Positions 54,041-64,000 of a DNA stretch of 64,000 nt are shown here, piece after piece. How positions within the stretch are numbered: position 1 is the first letter of the stretch; every line of letters starts with the position of its first letter. The notes beneath the pieces are model-generated. The model did no database searches. It worked only from the letters and a program-made list of their open reading frames with translations, and had not been told where the DNA came from. The DNA comes from Eledone cirrhosa (Eukaryota): assembly GCA_964016885.1 (NCBI GenBank), contig OZ024741.1, positions 167,958,001 through 168,022,000 on the forward strand. The letters are read 5' to 3'. The position numbers and the translations under genes are program-made.

Positions 54041-55183
54041 TATGCCTCCTCCTTTTCTATATACGAAGGGATCTGGGTTGTATCTTCTTTCCTACTCACT
54101 AGCACTTATATATACACTCTCAGACACATACACTCACGTGTATATATATGTACTATACATGCACCTTTGATGAGTTGTAGTGCTCCTGAGTACTGTACAC
54201 AATAATTTCATTATTATTTTTTATGCACATATGCATATATATGTATATATATATAAGTGTGTGTGCATGTGTGTGTGTGTGCAATATATATTGCAAACAT
54301 TCATTCATATGAGAACTTATCAAAGTAAGGTGTCAAGTTCTTACAACAATAGTAGGGTCGGTTGCAGTTGTTAAGAAAATCCTGTTTGTGTGTTGTGAAT
54401 TGTATGTAAGAAACTCTAATAAATGTGACTGTCATTTTCAGACAAGCTGTGGATATTTGATAACAATTCTGTTTGTTGCATTGGAAGATGTTTCAACAAA
54501 AGTGGAAAACTTATTTACTTATCCAAACCAGCAAATATAAACTAAGGAATAGATTAAAAAAATACATCAAAACATGGCAACATTTTATGCACCATCAAAT
54601 AAAATTAAAAGAAAAGTCAACAGGTTGCTTCTATTAAGAAAAAAATACACAATGAGTATTTAAAACAGGTGAAGCATAACACTATCTTAAGTTCCAGCTT
54701 ATTTGAAGGAGAGAGAATATTGGGTTTGGCCATTTTATTTTGCTTCACTTGGTAGTGATAATTTTCTGTTTTATATCAGTCTTTGATTAAAAGCTTCTGC
54801 CTTCACCTTGATAAACCTGTTGCTTTTTTAATTTTAACTTAGCCTTCTTTGGTTGATTCCTACTGTTACCATTTCTCTTCCTGTATGTGTATATATGTAT
54901 ATATATATATACATATGTGTGTGTGTATGTATGCATACATACATATATAGCTATCTTCCTACCCACTTAACTACCTACGTGCTACCTGCTTACTACATTC
55001 ATATCACAGTCTTATACTCTGTGTCATATTTTTTATCTCATGTTGGTGCCTTTTAATGCCCTTCTTAAACCAGTGCATTTTCCAGAATATATATGGAAAT
55101 TTATAAATAATTTCACCACTTGCTTTAGATTTATGCAACTATTTTGTCTCTCTCTCCACTCTCTCCCTTGTGTGCACCCTTTG

Positions 55184-55248
<65 letters not shown>

Positions 55249-55404
55249 GTTGTGTAAAAGTTCACTATTTTCATTGGTAAGATGAATTAAGCTCAATTCA
55301 CATTTTACCCTTCGTTCTTCAGGAGCAAATAGTTATAGTATACAATATATGTCAAAATTCAATAAGACCAAGGATTATTATTATTATTATTATTTATTCA
55401 TTCA

Positions 55405-55600
55405 AGGGCGGTGAATTGGCAGTATCGGTAGAGGGTTGGACGCCATGCTTTCTAGCATAGTTACGGCCCTTTACAGTCTGAGTTCAAATCCTGCAGAGGT
55501 TAACTTTTTCTTTCATCCTTACGGGGTCGATAAAATAAAGTACCAGTAATGTACTGGGTAATTGCTGGCCTTGTGCCTAAAGTAGAAACAATTATTATTA
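55405..55600 (+). mobile_element. Meta-domain SINE in (ATT)n
   Basis: Same as the 42362 array unit. Confidence 0.8.
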
Positions 55601-55914
55601 TTTATTCATACATCTACGGATGTTTCAATGTGGCTAGGGTATTTCATCAATTGTGGAGAAAAAAACAGATATATTCCTGTATCTCTTCAGGAAATATAAT
55701 AAACAATAACAATAAATTGATTCAAATCATAAGAATAATACAGATAATATCCAGAATAATACAGGATTCAAAGTACTGTGTATTCAAATAGTAATCACTA
55801 AAACAAAAACATAAGCTTGTGTATATATATTTTAGACATACAAAAATAAAGAATTATGAGTGTTTTTCACAAATATGTTAATATATATATACAGTATATA
55901 TATAATATATATAT

Positions 55915-58900
55915 AGAGTAGGAATTATGTTAGCAGAAAAATGGGTAGATAAGGTAATAGACGTAAATAGAGTGAACAACAGAATAATTAAAATAAGACT
56001 TGTCCTAAATAGAACTACTGTGACAATAATATCCGCGTATGCACCCCAATCCGGACTGCTTGGCATTATAAAAGACAGATTCTAGGAGTCGCTAATGCTC
56101 ACTACCTTCCAAATAACTGACTGGCGACCTAAATGGTTATGTTGGACAACATTGTGACAGCTATGACGGAATCCATGGAGGCTATGGGTTTGGTACTAAA
56201 AATGAGGAAGTCTTCAGAATCCTGGAATTCTGTGACACTTAATAACCTAACCATCTGTAACACAAACTTCAAAAAATGAGACAATCATTTGATCACCTAT
56301 AGATCAGGGGAACACGCCAGTTAGATAGATTATATCCTTACCAGAAAACGTGACAGAGTGTCTGTTGTAAACACTGAATCCCTCCCCCGTGAAGAATGCA
56401 CCTTCCAACATAGTCTCATAGTTAGCGACCTCATAGTCAGGACGAGACGTACTCGACAACAGAGGAGGACTACCCTAAGGAGAAGAATATGGAAGTTAAA
56501 GGACCCCACAGCCAGTAACAAATTTAAAAGCATATTACTTAATGCTTTTGACAGTAAGGAAGAGCAATTAGAGACGTACAATATAGAGGAACAGTGGGTA
56601 TTCCTGAAAGTTAACTTGCTGAAGGCGACAGATGAAATCTGTGGCTGGAGCAGACCTATAGGCAGGAGGAGAGTAACATGGTGGTGGAACAGTAAGGTAG
56701 AGGAGTCAATCAAGGTCAAAAAGCAGGCTTGGAAAGTATGGCGGGATGGGGAAGTAGAGAACGCTATCAAGTGGCCAGGAGGGAAGCTAGAAGACAAGTG
56801 CACTTCGCAAGAAGGGAAGCAGAAGAAAGAAAGTTCAAGCATGTTCTACAACACGAGGACCAAAAACGTGAGGTATTCAGGATTGCTAGGCAATGTGTCA
56901 AGGAAAACTGTGATATTGTCGGGGAGAAGTGTGTCCATAATGATGATGGTGTACTTGCCATCAGTGATGCTGATAAGAAGGTAGCTTAGAAGTGTCACTA
57001 TGAGAGGCTACTAAATGAGGAGAATAAATGGGAAAAAGATAGTCTGCCCCAAATTGATCTAACAAAGGGACTATCAGTGCTAGTTGAAGGTAGTATAATA
57101 AGTAGGGCAATCAAAGATATATAAGACGGGCAAGGCAGCTGGACGGGCAAGGATGCTGAAAGCATCTGGAATGATGGGACACGCTATGGTCACTCGGATA
57201 GTAAACCAAGTCATACAGAATGGGGTCATACCAAATGACTGGCATAGCAGCATCATCATTAACTACTACAAGGGTAAAGGAGATGCCCTAGATAGGGGAA
57301 ACTATAGAGGCATTAAATTAATTGACCAGGTCATGAAGGTCACAGAAAAAGTTATAGCGCAACTAATCCGAGAGCGGATTGATCTAGATGAAATGCAGTT
57401 TGGGTTTGTGTGAGGTAAAAGTACCACAGACGCCCTTTTCCTTGTACAACTACAGGAGAAGTACCTAGCTAAAAGTAGACCCCTATACTTAGCTTTTGTC
57501 GACTTGGAGAAAGCCTTTGACAGAGTCTCCTGCGCCATTATCTGGCGGGCCCTTAGAAAACTAGGGGTTGATGAATGGCTTTTGAGAGCTATAGAAGCTA
57601 TGTATAAAGAAACAGCCAGCAAGGTTAGAATTAACAATGAATATAGTGAAGAATTTAGCGTAAAAGTTGGTGTACATCAGGGCTCTGTCCTTAAGCCCCC
57701 TCCTATTTATTATTGCCCTTCAGGCTATAACAGAGGAGTTCAAGACCGGTGCCCATGGGAACTTCTATATGCAGATGATCTAATACTCGTAGCTGAATCG
57801 ATGGCTGAAATAGAGAAGAAATTCCATTTTATGTCCCAAATACAAAGTATGGGTGCATAAAAGATGTAGTGGGATCACAGGTAAGCCATCTAAAAACGTA
57901 GATTTTATATGTGGCCGGTGCTCAGGTGCAATAAGTAGCAAGTGCCCACATGTTACTAGCTCCTTCTCTTGCCCAGATGGCTCTATAGAAATAGTAGACA
58001 CCTTCCGTTACCTGGGTGACAAAATCAGCAGTGGTGGAGGGTGTTCTGAAAGTACAGCAGCCAGAGTCAGAACGGGATGGAAAAAGTTCAAAGAGCTTAT
58101 ACCACTATTGGCCGCTAAAGGGTTCTCTCTCTAAAAATGAAAGGCAGACTGTATGATGCCTGCATACGAACAGCAATGTTACATGGCAGTGAGACATGGG
58201 CATTGTGTGCAGAGGATCTGCGCAAACTGGGGAGGAATGAAGCATACATGCTCCGTTGGATGTGTAATAGTAATATACGTGAACAGCAAAGCATAAATGA
58301 ACTAAGTGAGAAATTAGGAATAAGAGGGATCAGATGCTGTTTACTCGAGAGAAGGCTACGTTGGTATGGTCACATGATGCGCATGAAAGACGACAGCTGT
58401 ATAAAAAAAGTGCAGGGTGATCCAAATTGATGGAAGTTACGGAGTAGGCAGATCCAGAAAAACCTTACACACTTACACCTCTCTAAGACAATGTCACGGG
58501 ACTGAAGTAATACAGAAGACTGAAGTAATACAGAAGACCCGCCTTGCCTAAGTACAAAGCGAAACCTACAGTCTTAACCAAATATACACCCCCTCCCACT
58601 ACACCAATACCCCACCCCCATCAACACCACCCCTTTCTCTGTAAAGCTATGTTGGTACCACAACATCCAGTCCTAAATAAATGAGGTCGTGTAGGTGTTA
58701 CGACAAAAACAAAAAAAACACACACACACAGTCCATGCTGTAATGTGGCCGTGTAGGTAACAGGGTAAAAACCTCCCAGTCCACACTGTAAACATGGTTG
58801 GTGTTAGGAAGGGCATCCAGCCGTAGAAAACCTGCCAGACAGTCCTATACGAGCGAGACGACCAAGCTTGCCTCAGGTGGGATAATTCCCGTCTAAACCC

Positions 58901-58948
58901 ATGCTAGCGTGGAAGATAGACATTAAACGATGATGATGATGATGATGA
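55915..58948 (+). mobile_element. RTE (BovB-like) LINE, long 5'-truncated copy (APE + RT), frameshifted
   Basis: VGIMLAEKWVDKV..IISAYAPQ, IDYILTR..QHSLIV, KGKGDALDRGNYRGI, DLEKAFDRV, GVHQGS, LLYADDL; (GAT)n tail. Confidence 0.92.
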
Positions 58949-61900
58949 TTTCCCTTTCTTTCTCTCCGAATCTTCCCTTTCACCCCCCCTCTATATTTCT
59001 TAGTTGCTTTACGTCCTCTTCTGCTCTAAGTTTATCATATTATTTATGGTATATAAATGTTGAAGGTTGGTGAAATAACTTACTGCCACTACACGAGTTG
59101 ATGATTCAAGTACCTTAGCGGTATGTCGCATATCCAATCTCTTATATATTTTATCTGATGAAAACGTACTGAAAACCATTGTACCTTTGAAATATGTATA
59201 ATAAAATATATACTTTGGTTATGATATTATTTCTCATTTATTAATGTTTTGAATAATATTATAGATACTCCAGATAAATAATTGTCGAGTGCTTCTAACC
59301 TATTGTAAAAACCTATTGAATTCGTTGAATAATCAACGAACCATATAAACTTTTGGTCATACTTTGCTCCCAGAAGGTAGAGCGCTTATTCTACAATAGA
59401 TTCTAAATAAATTATGGAATTCTTCAGGATTTCTATATCCCTCAAGGATATACCATTACCATCAAATGATGAATATATGAAACAACGTATAGAGAAATCT
59501 AATTCTTTCATAAGAAGACTGCGGTGGCGTGCTTTCCACTTTGAAAACAAGGAAAAAGTTGATAAGAAAAACACCAATCATAATTTTGATCTTATTTTTT
59601 TTTAGATCTAGAAAAAATCCTCCATATAATAAACTCCTGGCTGATTTTGAAAATGAAATGATAAATATAATACGAAACATTAAATTTTAAAAAAAAAACC
59701 ATATAGAGGCCAGTAATACCTCAGAGGCATAAAAGACAAAATCGATGACATGCAAAAAACAAATAAGATATTAGTTAAATCGGATAAAACGAACAACCTA
59801 TATGGGATGGAAAAAGTAAAATATATTAATCTGATTTTAAAAGAATTGAGGAAAAACTACAAGAAGGCCTCAAGTGAGGATTTATCGGACATAAATAAGG
59901 AAGCATATAAAATTATCACCAACCTAGGAATCGAGTGTAAAACAGAACCTTTCCTACCAAAACAACCGAGGATTAATAAAAAAAAAACTTTGAGGAATAT
60001 TTACCAGTAAGACTTATAGCACCTTCTAAATCCGATCTAGGAATCATTAGTAAGAACATAATAGATAGGATTATACTAACACTTAAACTGAGGCCACAAC
60101 TAAATCTATGGAAGGGTACAAGTGAAGTTATCGATTGGTTCATAAATATTAAGCATAAAAATAATTATAAGTTTATTCAAATGGATATAGCCAGTTATTA
60201 TTCCTCGATAACTTCCAATTTATTAAATAAGGCGCTATTATATGCATACAAACACACCGACTTATCTAGTGAGGAGATAACTATTATATTAACGGCAAGG
60301 CGAACTTTGATAGATTTTAATAATGATCTATGGACTAGAGCTGATAGCCAGAAATATTTTGACATTACGATGGGCGTTTCGGACTCGGCCCAAGTCACAG
60401 ACCTAGTGGGCATTTTTATCCTTAACTTGATAAATAGAAAATTGCCGGACGTTTATATAGGGACGACATACTATTTATTGTGGAAAAATATAACAATAGT
60501 GAACTAAATAGAATAAAGAAAGCAGTTATAGAATTTAAAAAAAATTATGACCTGAAATTAGAAATAGAAAATAATAATAAAATAGTTAACTTTTTGGATG
60601 TGACTCTAAATCTTAACTCAGGCCTTTATTACCCTTTCCTCAAAGTTAATGAAAACTTAAATTATGTTAGTTTTTATTCTAATCATCCCAATAGTGTACA
60701 ACAAAGAATCTCCAGACTTTCTGCTAATAGATATATATTTAATAGTAAACCTGTATATTATAACGAAGCGTTACATAAAGCTGGATATAACAATAACATT
60801 GAGTATATAGATACAAATACTGAAATCCATCAAAATAAAATTAATTATAATCATCATAAAAATGAATATAAACATAACAACTGGATGAATAAATCAAAGA
60901 AGAAATTAAGAACAAGATCTATAATTTGGTATGCACCGCCAGCATCCTTAGGTATTAAGACACATGTAGCACACTTATTCTTTAAAGCTTTAGATAAATG
61001 CTTCCCGGGATCTCATAAATATTACCCTATCTTCAATAGACATACAGTTAAGCTCTATTACTCAACTACTATGAATATAGCTCAAAATATAGCAAAAATA
61101 AATAATAAGAACCTAAAATCAAGCCAACCTCTACTAAGCAATAATAATAATAATAATAATATATTAATTAATAGAAATAACAATATTAATAGTCTAAACA
61201 TGAATAATAGTATAATGCCTTTAAATAGCAATGCGAATGGTATAATACCGTTAAATAACAATGAGAATAATTGTAATTGTAGAAATAGGTCCGAATGCCC
61301 ATTACAAAATAATTGCCTTGATAAAAACCTTGTATATAAATGTACCATTAAGGCAAATGGTAATGTATATAATTACATAGGTGCCACATTATCTAAATTT
61401 AAGGACCGTTGGTTAATCACAAGCATACTTTTAATAGAGTGGATAAAAAATGTTCAACTTCACTTTCACAATTAGTATGGTCTTTAAAAGACGATAACAT
61501 TAAATACTCCATCTCTTGGAGAAAATGAGGGTTGGCTATCCCCTACCGGTCCTCTACAATTTCAGAATTTTGCCATCTTTGGAATGAGGAAATCCTTCAC
61601 ATAATCACAAACTAGGATAATTTAATCAACAAAAAGAATGAATTATTTATTAGTTGTCATCATAAAATTGGTAAGACTTTCCAGGCAATGTACCATTTCC
61701 AAAAACATAAGGACAAATAACACCTTGAATATATGTAAATTCTGCCTAATTGAAGTAATAATCAAAAGATATTTATATGTAATAGCATAAACTCATTGAG
61801 ATTTTTTTAATCCTACGAATCGATTAGGATAGCTCACTATTTAATTAGACATCAATTAAGATATATACATTAGATATGTTGAGGATCTTTAAAAATCGTT

Positions 61901-62893
61901 GGACGAGAGTAAAGATATTCCCTCTAAGTTAAACATGTTTTTTACATTGTAAAAGAGTTATCTTCTTTTTGTTTACATTGTCCGTAAATTTTATTAGCTT
62001 GCAAAAAATATAGATTAATAAATAATAATTAATAGTTTAATAATACATAGACTATCACAAAACTTAAACTATATATATTAGAATTGAAGTAAATTAAGTA
62101 TTGAAGTAAATATAAATATAACCCTACATTAAGTGAAATAAAGTTTGTGGAGAGTAAATATAAAGATAGTTAGATTTTAAAAAATAAATGAAAATTAAAA
62201 AATAACGAAGTTTCACATAAAGTAGAATTTTGAATTAATTTAGATGATAAATGAACAAAATATATTATATATTGATGTGGATATATGCCTTTTTAATATA
62301 TTTTAATACATATTTAATAGTTATTTAATAAGCATTAAAGATAAATTGTTTAATTGTTACATTATAATGCTAAATAGAATATCATTATAATGCTAAATAG
62401 AATATCTTACATTGTCATAATCTAAAATGAGTTAAATTAAATTAAATTAAATTAAATTAATTTAAGGATATAAATTTGTAATGAACTTAAATATTCGATT
62501 GCCGTAGAAATTAGTCTATGCCTAATAATCTAGATATATCATAAACTTATAATTAACTGAAGCGTAATCCAATACAAGTGGTATTCACTGAAAATAATAT
62601 GAAACATTTTCTAATTTTTGAATTTTTGTTTAGCATTTAAAAATAATCGGTTTTGTATTCTCTCCTTTACTTTATCTTTTCCTTTCCTTCTTTTCTTTAT
62701 TTCCCTTCTTTTCTCTCCGCATCTTCCCTTTCAACTCCCCTTCTATATTTCTTCGTTGCTTTACGTCCTCTTCTTCTCTACGTTTATCATATTATTTGTG
62801 GTATATAAATGTTGAGTGTTGGTGAAATAACTTACTACCACTACACGAATTGATGATTTAAGTACCATAGCAGTATGTCGCATATCCAATCTC

Positions 62894-62905
<12 letters not shown>
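58949..62905 (+). mobile_element. Near full-length Naiad-like Penelope element with direct pseudo-LTRs
   Basis: ORF pieces 59414-61720: SLKDIPLPS..RRLRWRA, KSDKTNNLY, DIASYYSSI, FDITMG..AQVTDLVG, NFLDVTLNL, SNHP, CNCR..CPL..C..VYKC..YIG; 58949-59154 repeats at 62700-62905; ends in (AT)n. Confidence 0.92.
59145..59210 (+). ncRNA. Hammerhead ribozyme motif in 5' pLTR
   Basis: tatattttat-CTGATGA-aaacgtac(..)gtaccttt-GAAA-t(atgt)a-TA-ataaaatata. Confidence 0.8.
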
Positions 62906-62955
<50 letters not shown>

Positions 62956-62960
<5 letters not shown>

Positions 62961-63430
62961 GTGGTAACACAACAGTTAGTTTACCATACCGAGAACATAT
63001 TGATGAACGGATAAATATTCTAAGGAGATTACGCAATAGCGATTGCCTAAATTCAAGGAATGAAATCTTCACGCGTTGTCCACATGTCTGCAAAGACCTC
63101 TTACATAACTACAAACCTCCGGATTAAATAACAACAACATTCTAATTTTCTCATCAACTCGAACAACTTTTCGAACTTTCTCACTTATCTCCCTTACATC
63201 TTTCGCCCGTGTCATTGCGTCGCTTCAGTGAAGTGACCGTTTCAGCGCATGCGCGTTCATACAGTTGTTCTTCCTATTCCGTATAACCCTGACCAGTCCG
63301 AGTTGAGGATCCGCTAAGGTGAAACAATTGTTCTCAGTATGATGAACTAACTGTTGTGTTACCACTTCTACCTAACTCGTCCCATGGACTGAGTGCTCTA
63401 CCACTGCGGATATTACCTTCCAGTGTTCTA
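62956..63430 (+). mobile_element. Non-coding PLE-type element with short inverted end and an HHR
   Basis: tagacgtggtaacacaacagttagtt is the inverse of 63345-63370; microsatellite flanks. Confidence 0.75.
63298..63337 (+). ncRNA. Minimal hammerhead motif (C3->U variant)
   Basis: gag-TTGAGGA-tcc(gctaa)ggt-GAAA-c(aatt)g-TT-ctc. Confidence 0.55.
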
Positions 63431-63538
<108 letters not shown>

Positions 63539-63562
63539 ATAATAAACAATACAATATAATTA

Positions 63563-63630
63563 CCTCATTACCAGAGGTTTCCCGAATAAGACGAATACAA
63601 GAAACGTCCTCACTCGTTCGTCGGACAAGG
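63563..63630 (-). ncRNA. Hammerhead ribozyme motif (U4->C variant) at the 3' end of an element continuing beyond the window
   Basis: ccttgt-CCGACGA-acgagtgaggacg(..)cgtcttattcgg-GAAA-cc(tct)gg-TA-atgagg. Confidence 0.75.
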
Positions 63631-64000
63631 CAATTTAAATTTAAAACAGTGAAATATTTGAAAAATCTCCTCAAGAAAGGCAAAAGTTTAACGGGCAAAT
63701 AAAATATATAAGAAAAAGTAATGCAAGAGATATATAAAAATAAAATAAGGAAATATAGTTAGGGTATGTGTATAAATGTGTGTATATTCACTCACAAATG
63801 TACATATGTGTGTATGTACAAATGCATGTGTATAGTGAAAAAATGTGTGCGTAAGTACATATTGAGGGCAAGCATACCAGTGTATGTGTGACCACAAATA
63901 CGTATATAATATATGTTGAAAAAGAAATTGTAAGATAATAGAGTTAACGTACATCCAGACTCAGGTATTAAGGATTGAAATATATACACATACAAGTATG

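Noticed and set aside
59414-61720. Selenocysteine (UGA) recoding as reported for some Naiads
   Set aside because: The GIY-YIG Cys positions I checked are TGT/TGC (one TGG); interruptions look like ordinary frameshifts and stops.

Overview
This is AT-rich eukaryotic (metazoan) DNA made almost entirely of transposable elements and (AT)n/(AAT)n/(GAT)n microsatellites. The repeat spectrum resembles an octopod cephalopod genome, which is an inference from repeat content only. I found no confidently identifiable host protein-coding gene. Recognisable elements: several Penelope-like elements (PLEs; RT + GIY-YIG), RTE-clade LINEs and derivatives, two R4/Dong LINE fragments, a CRE-like fragment, a nest of hAT remnants, a non-autonomous Helitron, piggyBac-like MITEs, a probable Gypsy remnant and many tRNA-derived SINEs. 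The strongest hidden signal is about 13 minimal type I hammerhead ribozyme (HHR) motifs from several unrelated sequence families. They lie in PLE pseudo-LTRs and in small non-coding fold-back elements inside (AT)n tracts. Many have variant cores (CCGA, TTGA, CTGAAGA) and one has a ~90-nt stem II. Two PLE inserts are fused at their 5' ends to other LINEs, suggesting template jumping. All folds were read by eye and element boundaries are approximate.
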